From Oscillospiraceae bacterium (GTDB lineage Bacteria > Bacillota > Clostridia > Oscillospirales > UBA929): a DNA stretch of 64,000 nucleotides. Position 1 is the first letter of the stretch. Each line of letters begins with the position of its first letter. Below the pieces are notes generated by a model that had not been told where the DNA came from, did no database searches, and saw only the letters and a program-made list of their open reading frames with translations. Position numbers and translations under genes: made by a program. Below are positions 42,488 to 52,714 of the stretch, in pieces. Where the stretch lies: the NCBI GenBank assembly GCA_009780275.1, contig WRAI01000004.1, forward strand, positions 21,212 to 85,211, written 5' to 3'.

Positions 42488-42830
42488 TTTTGGGTAAAAC
42501 TTTGTCCAAAACCTCGTTGATCCGCTCGCTGTGTGCCAATGAATTATCAGCAATGAAGCTAATTTCCGGTGTTTTGTGCAGCACCACAGCTTTGCCAAGC
42601 TCACGGCGCAACAGTCCCGCTGCGCTGGATAAGCCTGCCATGACAGAGTCTTGTGCCGAAGCGTTGCCCATAACGCTGACATGGATTTTGGCGTAACTGA
42701 AATCGCGGCTGACATCGGCACGGGTCAGTGTGTAGAACTTGCCATCAAGGCGCGGGTCTTTGAGGCTGCGTACGGCTTGTGATAGCGCTTTCAGCACCTC
42801 ATCGTTGATCTTGTCGATACGGTCAGACAT
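42477..42830 (-). CDS. rbfA: ribosome-binding factor A
   Basis: 117 aa; RbfA KH-like sequence ..VTLTRADVSRDFSYAKIHVSV.. Confidence 0.92.
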   Translation of the reverse strand: MSDRIDKINDEVLKALSQAVRSLKDPRLDGKFYTLTRADVSRDFSYAKIHVSVMGNASAQDSVMAGLSSAAGLLRRELGKAVVLHKTPEISFIADNSLAHSERINEVLDKVLPKNDA

Positions 42831-42844
42831 GTCAGTTGCCTCCT

Positions 42845-43750
42845 TTATTTTCTATATATTGTAATTTTTAAGTCGCCTTCCGCCCAGTATGTTTCTACAT
42901 CGCCGAACCCATTGCCAAATGATTGGCAGACGACTTCCAATGTGTCTTCCAACGCGGCATTGTGCAAGGCTGGCGGTACATCAACTTGGTCGGAAAATCC
43001 CCTGCCCGAAAAACGCGCCAAAAACCCTTCGGCGAATGTTATAGAGCTCTCTTTTTGGTATGGCAATATAAACTCTTCCTTGCTGCTGAACAGCGGTGCG
43101 CAAATGGCGTCGCGGTCATACTTCCAACTATATCGCTTCGGCGTTATGCCGCGCTCATTCAAATATTGCCAGTAATGCGAAAATAAAAAATCGGCAATTT
43201 GGCGGTATTCCAGGTTTTGTTTAGTCACATCAATTCTGCCGGGGAGGTCGTCACGGCAAATAAACGCACCGCCGGGCTCCAGCACCCTGTGGATTTCACT
43301 GATGACTTTTTCGGGGCGTGAAATCAAATGCAAAACACTGTTGCACACCGCACTGCGTACGCTGCCGCCAGCCAATGGTATATGAAGCGCATTCATGCGG
43401 CAAAGCATTACAGTGTCCAACGAAATATTGTTTTTCTCGGCACGGCGTTGCAGAATTTGTATCATATTGTTGGAGATATCGCCGGCAATCACACGTACGC
43501 CAAACTGAGCCATGGGAACAGTTAAACAACCATCGCCGCAGCCTAAGTCTAAACATATGCCATCGCCCGTTTGCTTGGCAATTTCAGCAGCAAAAAGCGC
43601 ATCCCTTTCGGCAAGCGCATACTTGCGATTGCCTGAATAACTCTCGCCGATGTCGTCATAGCCGATGTAGTGATCACCATCGCCTTGTGTGACAATCGGC
43701 AGATCATCGGTAAGCTGTTGTATGCCGTTGATGATTAGGGGTTCGTGCAT
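42845..43750 (-). CDS. class I SAM-dependent methyltransferase
   Basis: Motif I LDLGCGDGC and post-I VIAGDIS; 301 aa. Its ATG overlaps the infB TAA by 1 nt (TAATG). Confidence 0.8.
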   Translation of the reverse strand: MHEPLIINGIQQLTDDLPIVTQGDGDHYIGYDDIGESYSGNRKYALAERDALFAAEIAKQTGDGICLDLGCGDGCLTVPMAQFGVRVIAGDISNNMIQILQRRAEKNNISLDTVMLCRMNALHIPLAGGSVRSAVCNSVLHLISRPEKVISEIHRVLEPGGAFICRDDLPGRIDVTKQNLEYRQIADFLFSHYWQYLNERGITPKRYSWKYDRDAICAPLFSSKEEFILPYQKESSITFAEGFLARFSGRGFSDQVDVPPALHNAALEDTLEVVCQSFGNGFGDVETYWAEGDLKITIYRK

Positions 43751-46137
43751 TACTCGACTTGTTGCATCTCATACGCCTCGATGACATCGCCTTCTTTGAG
43801 GTCGTTATATTTCTCGATGTTCATACCGCACTCGTAGCCTGTAGCTACTTCGCGCACGTCGTCTTTGAAGCGTTTAAGCGATTCGAGTATGCCCTCATGG
43901 ATGACCACGCCATCACGCAGTAAGCGTACCGAGGCATTGCGTACAATCTTGCCGTCGGTAACATAGCAGCCGGCGACTGTGCCCACACCTGTGACTTTGA
44001 AGACTTGGCGTACTTCGACACGGCCGAGGACAACTTCAACGAATTTCGGGTCAAGCAGCCCTTTCATGGCGGCTTCCATTTCTTCGATGCATTCGTAAAT
44101 GACACGGTAGAGGCGGATGTCAACGTTATTTCGCGCCGCACTGTCGCGCGCTGACGGATCAGGACGTACGTTAAAACCAATCAAGATGGCGTTGCTTGTA
44201 GCACTTAGCAGAATGTCGCTTTCGCTGATGGCACCGACGCCAGTATGGATGATTTTAATGCGCACCTCATCGTTGGACAGCTTTTCGAGCGAGGCTTTGA
44301 GCGCTTCAGCTGAGCCTTGTACATCGGCTTTGATGAGCAGGCGTAACTCTTTGAGCTGCCCCTCTTTAATTTGGTCAAAGAGGTTGTCAAACGACACGGC
44401 TGTTGCGCTGCGGTTACGTTCGTCGCGCTCGGCGTCCTTGCGTTGGTCAACTAACTCGCGCGCCATGCGCTCGTCGGTGACGGCAAAGAAGGGGTCGCCC
44501 GCGCCCGGTACTTCGGACAGACCGGTAATCTCGACCGGCACGCTGGGGCCGGCTTCTTTTAATGGCTGCCCATTTTCGTTGGTCATAGCGCGCACATTGC
44601 CTACTGATGTACCCGCCAAAATCAAGTCGCCTTGTTTTAGTGTGCCGTTTTGCACCAACAGGGTCGCTACCGTGCCGCGGCCTTTATCCAGCCGCGCTTC
44701 GATGACGGTGCCTTTTGCCAAGCGGTTGGGGTTGGCGCGCAACTGTTGGACTTCAGCCGTGAGTAGCACCATATCGAGCAAGTGCGGAATGCCGTCGCCT
44801 TTCTTGGCTGAGACAGGGCAAATAATGGTTTCGCCGCCCCAGTCTTCGCTGACCAAGCCGTGTTCGGTGAGTTGTTGCTTGATACGATCGGGGTTGGCTT
44901 CAGGTTTATCCATCTTGTTGATAGCAACGATAATCGGCACTTCGGCCGCTTTGGCGTGGTTGATGGCTTCGATGGTTTGCGGCATAATACCGTCGTCGGC
45001 GGCAACGACAAGGATAGCAACGTCGGTCACTTTAGCACCGCGCGCCCGCATGGAGGTAAAGGCCGCGTGACCCGGCGTATCCAAGAAGGTAATCTTATGG
45101 TCGCCCACTGTGACGCGATAGGCGCCGATATGCTGTGTAATGCCGCCGGCTTCGCCTTCGGCAACATCGGCCTTGCGGATGCTGTCGAGTAGTGAAGTTT
45201 TGCCATGGTCAACGTGACCCATAACAACGACAACCGGGTCGCGTGCTTCGAGATTTTCATCAACGTCAACGCTGTCGTCAATCAGTTTCTCCTCAATGGT
45301 GACGACAATTTCACGCTCGACTTTGGCACCCATTTCAATGGCAACCATTGCCGCAGTATCGTGGTCAATGATTTGGCTGACGCTTGCCATAACGCCGAGC
45401 TTCATGAGTTGTTTGACGACTTCGACACCTGTTTTTTTCATACGAGACGCCAGTTCACCGACTGAAATTTCCTCGCCGATTTTGACGGTAATGGGCTGTT
45501 TCTTTAAGGCTTCAAGCTGCAAGCGGCGCATTCTGTCGCGGTCTTCCTGCCGCTTCTTTTGGCTGATAACAGCCGGACGGCGATCGCCCTTACGGGCAAT
45601 CTTTTGCATACCGCCTTTTTGATTCTCCATATCCTTGGTGACAAACTTGTCAATGCGCTCATCGTATCTATCAAGGTTGACTGCACCGCTGCGTGTATCA
45701 ACGGTACGCGTACCGCTCTTACGGTTATCGGCGGGCGCAGCATCGGTGATAATTTCTGAGCTGCCAACAGTTGGTTTGGCGGGCTCGAATTTGACAGTTT
45801 CTTTACGAGGTTGTTTAGGTTGCTTGGGGATATTGGTTTTTGCTTCGGCCGTTTGCGCTGCGCCTGAGTCGTCACGTTCTGCGACGGCATCCGCAACGGC
45901 AGGTTCTTCAACCGCTACAGGCTCCGGCTCGTGATATGTTTCAGCGAATACGATGGCAATATCATCAATTTGGTTGTTCTGTGTGATGTGCTCGAACACC
46001 AAATTAAGTTCGTCATCAGACAACGCCTGCTGCACATTTTTTGGCGTTGTCGCATATTCGGTTAAAATGTTGGTCACTGCCTTTGAGGTTGTTTTGAAAT
46101 CTTTTGCCACCTCATGGACCCGGTATTTGATTACCAT
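43750..46137 (-). CDS. infB: translation initiation factor IF-2
   Basis: G-domain [24 protein letters not shown] 46137 preceded by GGAG; the track ORF extends to 46212. Confidence 0.97.
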   Translation of the reverse strand: MVIKYRVHEVAKDFKTTSKAVTNILTEYATTPKNVQQALSDDELNLVFEHITQNNQIDDIAIVFAETYHEPEPVAVEEPAVADAVAERDDSGAAQTAEAKTNIPKQPKQPRKETVKFEPAKPTVGSSEIITDAAPADNRKSGTRTVDTRSGAVNLDRYDERIDKFVTKDMENQKGGMQKIARKGDRRPAVISQKKRQEDRDRMRRLQLEALKKQPITVKIGEEISVGELASRMKKTGVEVVKQLMKLGVMASVSQIIDHDTAAMVAIEMGAKVEREIVVTIEEKLIDDSVDVDENLEARDPVVVVMGHVDHGKTSLLDSIRKADVAEGEAGGITQHIGAYRVTVGDHKITFLDTPGHAAFTSMRARGAKVTDVAILVVAADDGIMPQTIEAINHAKAAEVPIIVAINKMDKPEANPDRIKQQLTEHGLVSEDWGGETIICPVSAKKGDGIPHLLDMVLLTAEVQQLRANPNRLAKGTVIEARLDKGRGTVATLLVQNGTLKQGDLILAGTSVGNVRAMTNENGQPLKEAGPSVPVEITGLSEVPGAGDPFFAVTDERMARELVDQRKDAERDERNRSATAVSFDNLFDQIKEGQLKELRLLIKADVQGSAEALKASLEKLSNDEVRIKIIHTGVGAISESDILLSATSNAILIGFNVRPDPSARDSAARNNVDIRLYRVIYECIEEMEAAMKGLLDPKFVEVVLGRVEVRQVFKVTGVGTVAGCYVTDGKIVRNASVRLLRDGVVIHEGILESLKRFKDDVREVATGYECGMNIEKYNDLKEGDVIEAYEMQQVE

Positions 46138-46154
46138 ATTGCACTCCTCTGCGT

Positions 46155-46460
46155 TCAATCTAACAATTGCTGTATTTGCTGCGCCATCTTTTTGTCGGTT
46201 ACGCCGGCACACGCACAGTGTGCCAGGCCCAGCGCGTGACCTAATATTTTGCGGTTGTGCGGCAGTTCAAGCAGTGGTATGTTGCCGGCACGGGCGTGCG
46301 CCTCCACGCGTTTGCGTGTGTTGTCAGACACATCGTTTGCGACTACAATTAACTTTACACTGTGTGTTTGCCGTGCCGCGTTGCCGACAGCTTCTTCTCC
46401 CGTTATCAGCATGCCGCCGCGTCTGCATAAGCCTAAAAGTCTAAGTCGTTTGTCTGTCAC
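46155..46460 (-). CDS. ylxQ: L7Ae/L30e-family RNA-binding protein YlxQ
   Basis: 101 aa, ..GEEAV..A....VKLIVVA.D.S.NT.. pattern; located between ylxR and infB. Confidence 0.8.
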   Translation of the reverse strand: MTDKRLRLLGLCRRGGMLITGEEAVGNAARQTHSVKLIVVANDVSDNTRKRVEAHARAGNIPLLELPHNRKILGHALGLAHCACAGVTDKKMAQQIQQLLD

Positions 46461-46722
46461 TGCACTTCTCCATCAAGTTCTCATAGACAGCTATGTCAAT
46501 CTGTCGTTTGAATTGTCGCTCCAGCGCACGGCTTTTTTGTGCTTTTTGCACACAAACCGTTGCCGGACAAACATATGCGCCGCGGCCTTGCGCTTTTCCG
46601 TTGCTATCAAGGGCGATAAAATTGTCGGGCAGGCGCGCTATGCGCAACAGTTTGCCTTTGGGCAAGCCCTTTCGGCAAGCGATGCAATGACGGATGGGTG
46701 TGTGTGGTACGGTGTTCGGCAT
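46441..46722 (-). CDS. ylxR: YlxR/DUF448 RNA-binding protein
   Basis: 93 aa, ..RHCIACRKGLPKGKLLRIAR..GRGAYVC.. typical of YlxR; located after nusA. Confidence 0.8.
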   Translation of the reverse strand: MPNTVPHTPIRHCIACRKGLPKGKLLRIARLPDNFIALDSNGKAQGRGAYVCPATVCVQKAQKSRALERQFKRQIDIAVYENLMEKCSDRQTT

Positions 46723-46800
46723 AATATAACCTTTCGCAGGGGCAGCCGTCCCCAGTTACTCCCGCATTAGGGGCGTCGGTGAGACAGGCAAAGTTTGCCC

Positions 46801-47862
46801 CTACATTTCGTAGGACTCCGATTTAATATCAATCTTAATGCCCGTCAAACGTGCTGCCAGCCTGGCGTTTTGCCCGGCGCGGCCGATAGCGAGTGACAGT
46901 TGGTCGTCCGGCACAATGACGCGGCAGGCTTTGGGGTCGTCGCCTATCATCTCCACCTCGCTTACACGTGCCGGCGACAGCGCGGCGCCTACATATTCTT
47001 CATCGATATCACTGTATGGGATAATATCAACCTTTTCGCCATTTAACTCGTCAACGATATTGTTGACCCGTGCGCCGCGATTGCCGACGCATGCGCCGAC
47101 GGCGTCAACATTTGGGTCAAGCGAACGTACTGCCATTTTGGTGCGATTGCCCGCCTCACGCACAACATTGATGACTTCAACGATGCCATTGGCAATTTCG
47201 GGCACTTCGAGTTCAAATAAGCGCTTGACAAGCCCGGGGTGTGTGCGAGAAATAAAGACTTGTGGGCCGCGCGTTGACTCGCGCACCTCGGCGACATATA
47301 CCTTAACGTAAGAGCCTTCGGGCAATTCTTCGCCGCGCACTTGCTCGCTTTGCGGTAGTACCATTTGCGTATTACCTTCCTCGTCGCTGTCGATCATACG
47401 CAGATAAGCGTTGCCGCGTGGGTCAATGCGTGTAACAATGCCGGTCAAAATCTCATGCTCTTTGGAGGCGTATTGCTGAAAAATCATGCCGCGCTCAACT
47501 TCACGGATGCCCTGTACGATAACCTGTTTTGCCGTCTGGGCCGCGATGCGCCCAAATGACATCGGGTCAACCGGTGTGCGCAACATATCGCCGACATTGA
47601 GCAGAGGATCTTTTTCACGCGCCAACTCGAGCGAAATTTCTAACGCCGGATTTTCAACTTCCTCAACAACCTCTTTGAGCACAACGGCACGCATGGTTTT
47701 ATTTTCTTCGTCAAGTTCTAGCTCGACATTTTCACCGCCGACATCTGGATCGTTGCGTACAGCAACGGCGACAGCTTGTGAAATTTTATCCAGCATAAAG
47801 GCTTTGGGGATGTTTTTTTCTTTTTCCAATTGCGCCAGCGCATCAAAAAATTCTGCGTTCAT
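46801..47862 (-). CDS. nusA: transcription termination/antitermination factor NusA
   Basis: 353 aa; N-terminal domain, S1 and two KH regions (..IGRAGQNARLAARLTG..). Confidence 0.96.
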   Translation of the reverse strand: MNAEFFDALAQLEKEKNIPKAFMLDKISQAVAVAVRNDPDVGGENVELELDEENKTMRAVVLKEVVEEVENPALEISLELAREKDPLLNVGDMLRTPVDPMSFGRIAAQTAKQVIVQGIREVERGMIFQQYASKEHEILTGIVTRIDPRGNAYLRMIDSDEEGNTQMVLPQSEQVRGEELPEGSYVKVYVAEVRESTRGPQVFISRTHPGLVKRLFELEVPEIANGIVEVINVVREAGNRTKMAVRSLDPNVDAVGACVGNRGARVNNIVDELNGEKVDIIPYSDIDEEYVGAALSPARVSEVEMIGDDPKACRVIVPDDQLSLAIGRAGQNARLAARLTGIKIDIKSESYEM

Positions 47863-47865
47863 TAT

Positions 47866-48333
47866 TTACTCCTTGTATTGTACTTTTATTTGTGCGACAT
47901 CGGCTCTGTCAAATGTTTTTTCGCCGTCATCGCATTGTAAGATAATCTGTTCGTCCGTGGCAGTTAATACACCTTGCCAAGTACGTTTTCCGTCAACGGC
48001 TTTGTAGAGTTTGACATCAACATCTGTGCCGATAAACTGCTTGCGCTGCGTATCGGTGTACAACACACGTTCGATGCCGGGGGAGGATACTTCCAATGAG
48101 TATGCGCCGGGAATAAAGTCCTCTTCATCCAACCAAGGATCAATGGCTTTGCTCATTTGCTCGCAGTCATCGGTGCCGATGCCGCCAGGCTTGTCAATGG
48201 TCAGACGCAACACTGCGCCTGCGGCCTCTTTGCCAAACTCAACATGCCATAAAGTCAGCCCCAATTGCTCGGCAAGGGGCGCGGCGTATGCGGTAACGCG
48301 GTCGGCGATGCGGCTCATAAGATGCTTCCTCAC
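47866..48333 (-). CDS. rimP: ribosome maturation factor RimP
   Basis: 155 aa directly upstream of nusA; ..LEVSSPGIERVL.. motif. Confidence 0.9.
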   Translation of the reverse strand: MRKHLMSRIADRVTAYAAPLAEQLGLTLWHVEFGKEAAGAVLRLTIDKPGGIGTDDCEQMSKAIDPWLDEEDFIPGAYSLEVSSPGIERVLYTDTQRKQFIGTDVDVKLYKAVDGKRTWQGVLTATDEQIILQCDDGEKTFDRADVAQIKVQYKE

Positions 48334-48464
48334 AATGTGGGGCGAACAGTGTGCCCCTACTATACACTACCTAAGAAGTATTAAGAGAGCGGGTCTCCCC
48401 ACTCTCCAACACAACACTTCAATACATAGTATACCACAAGTTTCAAAAATTGCAAGCCTTTTTC

Positions 48465-48494
48465 TTGACTTTTTGGGCGCGTATACATTATACT
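48465..48494 (+). promoter_or_regulatory. sigma-A promoter for serC
   Basis: TTGACT (48465-48470), 18 nt, TATACT (48489-48494). Confidence 0.6.
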
Positions 48495-48548
48495 GTAATT
48501 TGCCGTTTGAATAACGAGCAAGAAAACAGACATAAGGGAGAAATTGCC

Positions 48549-49625
48549 ATGGGACGTGTATTCAATTTTTCAGCCGGGCCGTCGATGTTGCCGGAGTTCG
48601 TGTTGCAACGCGCAGCGGAGGAAATGCTGGACTATCGAGGGACAGGGATGTCTGTGATGGAAATGAGCCATCGATCTAAGCTGTACTTAGGAATTTATGA
48701 GGCGACAGTCCAGAGAATGCGTGATGTGATGGGCATTCCCAATAATTATAAAGTGTTGTTTCTGCAAGGCGGTGCAACGTTGCAATTTGCATCGATTCCC
48801 ATGCATTTGATGGGGCGTACGGGCAAGGCTGATTATGCTGTTACCGGCAGCTTTGCTAAAAAGGCCATGCAGGAAGCAAAAAAGTATGGTGAGGTTAATA
48901 TCGCCTGCGACAGCAAGCCCTATGCCGCTATTCCGGCGCAGAGTGAGTTGACGCTCGACCCCAACGCTTCGTATTTTCACTATTGCGGCAATAACACCAT
49001 TTTCGGCACGCTATGGCCGTATCTTCCGCAGACGGGTGATGTGCCGCTGGTGTGTGATTTGTCGAGCAGCATTTTGAGCCAGCCGATTGATGTGTCGAAG
49101 TACGGTGTGATTTACGCAGGTGCGCAAAAAAATATGGGGCCTGCAGGCTTGACGGTTGTTATCGTGCGCGATGATTTGCTGGATGGGGCATCGGAAATCG
49201 TACCATCAGTGATGAACTGGCGCGGCATGGCTGACAACGATTCGATGCTCAACACGCCGCCATCGTACGGTATTTATCTGCTGGGCTTGGTGTTAGAATG
49301 GATTGAAACCATGGGCGGGTTGCCTGCCATGGAAACGCATAACAAAAAGAAAGCTGCTGTATTGTATGACGCGATGGATGCCTGCGATTTCTATACGCCG
49401 GTTGCCGACAAGGGCAGCCGCTCGCTGATGAATGTGACTTTCCGTTGTCCGAACGAGGATTTGGATAAACTGTTTGTCAAGCAAGCCGCCGAGAAGGATA
49501 TGCTGACGCTGGCGGGGCACCGCTCGGCAGGCGGCGTGCGTGCATCAATATACAACGCCATGCCGATGGCAGGGGTTGAAACACTGGCGGAGTTTATGGG
49601 CGAGTTTGCGAAGGCAAACGGGTAA
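48549..49625 (+). CDS. serC: phosphoserine aminotransferase
   Basis: N-terminus MGRVFNFSAGPSMLP and class-V aminotransferase core. ATG 48549 preceded by AAGGGAGA. Confidence 0.95.
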   Translation: MGRVFNFSAGPSMLPEFVLQRAAEEMLDYRGTGMSVMEMSHRSKLYLGIYEATVQRMRDVMGIPNNYKVLFLQGGATLQFASIPMHLMGRTGKADYAVTGSFAKKAMQEAKKYGEVNIACDSKPYAAIPAQSELTLDPNASYFHYCGNNTIFGTLWPYLPQTGDVPLVCDLSSSILSQPIDVSKYGVIYAGAQKNMGPAGLTVVIVRDDLLDGASEIVPSVMNWRGMADNDSMLNTPPSYGIYLLGLVLEWIETMGGLPAMETHNKKKAAVLYDAMDACDFYTPVADKGSRSLMNVTFRCPNEDLDKLFVKQAAEKDMLTLAGHRSAGGVRASIYNAMPMAGVETLAEFMGEFAKANG

Positions 49626-49626
49626 T

Positions 49627-50448
49627 ATGGCCAATCCGAACATTAAATACCCCAAGGTGAGAAAGAAAAAACGCCGATACATATGCCCGCATTGCGGGCA
49701 GAAATGCATAAGTCCTTGGCATGCGGGAAGCAGTGGTTTTAGAGATGTTCTTCGTTTCTACGCCTTTATGTTTCAGTTTCTCATGTGGGTGGCGTGGCGG
49801 CGTGTGGGTACAATCAAGTGTGCGGAGTGCGGTGTACGGCTGTCTGTTCGTGTGAAATATAAACAGCATTGCGTAAAACGTTGGTCAAGGGCATTAAAGT
49901 TTTTCTCCGGCATTCTGGCGGCTATTGCCTTTGTGGTTTTTTGGGAATCAACGGGGTCGGACGCGTTTTTTATTCCGTTTTTGCTGACGATATTGGTGCT
50001 GTTCTTTTTGCCGGGCATTCTCTTTTCGATGCCGGTGGCGTTGGGACGGCGCAAGAAAATCTTTGCCGTGATGGATATGGATGAGCAACGCAGCTCAGAG
50101 GCCGGCGCGATTTTTATCTCGGCCGCCATGGTGGCTGTGCCACCGCTCAAAGAAGTGGCGTTTGATATACAAGCGCAGCTTGACTTTACGGGCATGGCGT
50201 GCCCTGAACACGTTGTGTACGACTACTCTACCTACGATCTGCGTTTTAGCAGCGACGGAGAGTCATATCCTGTTTTGCTAGGCATTGCTGTGCTTAATGG
50301 TGAAGTAAAATACTTTGAACTTGAATTCTTGGGCAAGACATATGGTATTATAAGGCCCGATATCAAAGAGGGGCAAGCCTTTGAACTTGAGGACTACAAA
50401 GGAAACCACATTCACGGCGTGATTACAAAAATTTATAAATCAACTTAG
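49627..50448 (+). CDS. zinc-ribbon membrane protein, hypothetical
   Basis: ATG 49627, 1 nt after the serC stop. CPHCG..x..CAECG pairs, 2-3 hydrophobic segments and a C-terminal soluble domain. Confidence 0.5.
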   Translation: MANPNIKYPKVRKKKRRYICPHCGQKCISPWHAGSSGFRDVLRFYAFMFQFLMWVAWRRVGTIKCAECGVRLSVRVKYKQHCVKRWSRALKFFSGILAAIAFVVFWESTGSDAFFIPFLLTILVLFFLPGILFSMPVALGRRKKIFAVMDMDEQRSSEAGAIFISAAMVAVPPLKEVAFDIQAQLDFTGMACPEHVVYDYSTYDLRFSSDGESYPVLLGIAVLNGEVKYFELEFLGKTYGIIRPDIKEGQAFELEDYKGNHIHGVITKIYKST

Positions 50449-50460
50449 GAGGAACAAACT

Positions 50461-51618
50461 ATGTTCAACATTCTCACGCTCAACAAAATCGCCAAAGTCG
50501 GTCTCGACCGCTTGCCGAGCGACAAATTTACTTGCGCGGATAATCATGCCGACCCCGATGGCGTTATCTTGCGCTCGGCCGATATGCACGGCTTTGAGCT
50601 GGGTGGAAACTTGAAAGCCATTGCGCGGGCGGGCGCGGGCACAAATAACATTCCTGTCGATGCGTGTGCCGAAGCTGGCATTGTTGTTTTCAACACGCCG
50701 GGCGCGAATGCCAACGCCGTGAAAGAGCTTTGCCTCGGCGCGCTGGTGCTGGCCTCGCGTGACGTTTACGGCGGTATGGCGTGGGTGCAGTCGCTGCAGG
50801 GCACCGAAGAGGTGGCCAAGGCCGTTGAAAAAGGAAAGTCAAACTACGTCGGGCCTGAGTTGAAAGGCAAGAAAATTGGCGTGTTGGGACTAGGCGCGAT
50901 TGGCGCGCCGGTGGCCAACGCGGCGTACGCGCTTGATATGGAAGTTTACGGCTACGATCCGTTTATGAGTGCTGAGAGCGCATGGAAACTCAGTCGCGCT
51001 GTTAAGCCTGCGCCCAGCTTGAATTTCTTGTTTAGTGAATGCGACCATGTGTCGCTGCATATTCCCAGTACGCCGGATAACAAGGCACAGCTTAAAGAGG
51101 CACTTGCCGCAGCAAAGCCGGGATTGCGAATCATCAATATGGCGCGCGGCGATTTGTTCAGCAATGACGATATTTTATCAGCGTTGTCGGATGGCCGCCT
51201 GGCACGATATGTCACAGACTTCCCCAACGAGGGAATGTTGGGGCATAAAGATATTGTTTGCATTCCGCACTTGGGTGCATCAACACCGGAGAGTGAAGAC
51301 AACTGTGCGGTGATGGCGGCCGATGAATTGCAAGACTATTTGGTCAACGGCAACATCGCCAACAGCGTTAACTTCCCCAATGTGTCGATGGCGCGAGAGT
51401 TTCCGCACCGGCTCTGTGTGGCGCATAAGAATGTGCCTAACATTCTCAATACGCTTACGTCGGCTTGCGGCGTCAACGGCATCAACATTGAGAATATGCA
51501 GAATAAATCGAAGAAAGATTATGCCTACACATTGCTCGACAGTGCGACGCCGTTCGACAGTGACGCGGTGGCAAAGTTAGAAGGCATTGAGGGGATCTTG
51601 AGGATTAGAGTTCTATAA
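50461..51618 (+). CDS. serA: D-3-phosphoglycerate dehydrogenase
   Basis: D-2-hydroxyacid dehydrogenase fold (GLGAIG, catalytic ..HLGAST..) with a C-terminal ACT-like segment. Confidence 0.9.
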   Translation: MFNILTLNKIAKVGLDRLPSDKFTCADNHADPDGVILRSADMHGFELGGNLKAIARAGAGTNNIPVDACAEAGIVVFNTPGANANAVKELCLGALVLASRDVYGGMAWVQSLQGTEEVAKAVEKGKSNYVGPELKGKKIGVLGLGAIGAPVANAAYALDMEVYGYDPFMSAESAWKLSRAVKPAPSLNFLFSECDHVSLHIPSTPDNKAQLKEALAAAKPGLRIINMARGDLFSNDDILSALSDGRLARYVTDFPNEGMLGHKDIVCIPHLGASTPESEDNCAVMAADELQDYLVNGNIANSVNFPNVSMAREFPHRLCVAHKNVPNILNTLTSACGVNGINIENMQNKSKKDYAYTLLDSATPFDSDAVAKLEGIEGILRIRVL

Positions 51619-51637
51619 GCATAGCCTATTTTTCCCC

Positions 51638-51667
51638 TTGACACTAGCCTCCCGCATGCTGTATAAT
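51638..51667 (+). promoter_or_regulatory. sigma-A promoter
   Basis: TTGACA (51638-51643), 18 nt, TATAAT (51662-51667). Confidence 0.6.
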
Positions 51668-51719
51668 AGAAAAACTATTCGGCACGGTTGTCTAGCAAGA
51701 TACAGGAGGTCATCACATC

Positions 51720-52709
51720 ATGGCAGAACAAAAAAACATCGTGGGCGAGGAGTCATCAGCACATCGCCTGTTTATTACCAATATACGCGACGCACGGCGG
51801 AAACAACGGAACATTATTGTGTTGTTTGCTTTTTTCCTGTTGACGTTTTTGATTCCGCAGCTTAATGTTGTGCCGAGTGTGCAAGTTGTTACGCGCAGTC
51901 CCGAAACCATGCGTACAACGGTGACACAGTTGATGGAGCCGTCGAGTTATGCTGAAATTTTTGTCGGCGATGACCCGAGCAGTTTCCGTGCCGGTATTGA
52001 GCATGTTCTCAATCCGAGCGAGATGCCGACGATTTTGAGCGACAACCTTGCTGAGCAAATCGCGCGGCGCCGCATTCCAAATGTACCGGAATGGGTTTCC
52101 GATGGTACGATTGCATTGGTGGCATATGCTGTGCCGCTTATTTTGGTGGTGCAGCTCTTATTGTTGGGCTTGGGTGTGTTTGGATTGGTGCTGAGCTATA
52201 AGGACAAAGACAATGAGCGTCTGCGCGGTATGGCGTTGCTGCGGGTTGCTGCGTGGAGTTTTGCAGGCAGCTATTTGCTGTTGATGCTGATTTTCTTGGG
52301 CTTTAATCTCGCGGTGGGATATATCATTACGTTTGGATTGCCGGGCATTGCTCTATTGTCGTTGGCGGCGTCACTGCTCTTTATACGCCAAGTTTTTATG
52401 TTCCGTTGGTTTATGTATCCAGAGACGGTTATCAGCAAAGAAGTGGCGCATCTGTCGTACTACACAAGCCAAGGCACAAAAGAGTGTCCGCACTGCCACG
52501 CCAATGTACTTGAAACATTGGAAAGCTGTCCCGAATGTGGGCAGGCATTAGTAGAGCGTTGGAAATGCCGCGAATGCGGGCAGGTTAATACTGCGTCTCG
52601 CCAGCTCTGTTACAGTTGCGGTCATCCGCCGCGCAAAGACCCGCGAGAGCGAACGCCTGAGGAAATGGCGGCACTCCAAGCAGCGGCTGACGCAGCGTCT
52701 AAAATATAA
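51720..52709 (+). CDS. membrane protein with a C-terminal double zinc ribbon
   Basis: Several hydrophobic segments, then CPHC..CPEC..CREC..CYSC. Confidence 0.5.
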   Translation: MAEQKNIVGEESSAHRLFITNIRDARRKQRNIIVLFAFFLLTFLIPQLNVVPSVQVVTRSPETMRTTVTQLMEPSSYAEIFVGDDPSSFRAGIEHVLNPSEMPTILSDNLAEQIARRRIPNVPEWVSDGTIALVAYAVPLILVVQLLLLGLGVFGLVLSYKDKDNERLRGMALLRVAAWSFAGSYLLLMLIFLGFNLAVGYIITFGLPGIALLSLAASLLFIRQVFMFRWFMYPETVISKEVAHLSYYTSQGTKECPHCHANVLETLESCPECGQALVERWKCRECGQVNTASRQLCYSCGHPPRKDPRERTPEEMAALQAAADAASKI

Positions 52710-52714
52710 TATTT

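Noticed and set aside
44117-45070. 317-aa ORF antisense to infB
   Set aside because: It lies within the IF-2 G-domain coding region on the opposite strand. Its Ser/Ala/Arg-rich composition is typical of antisense frames.
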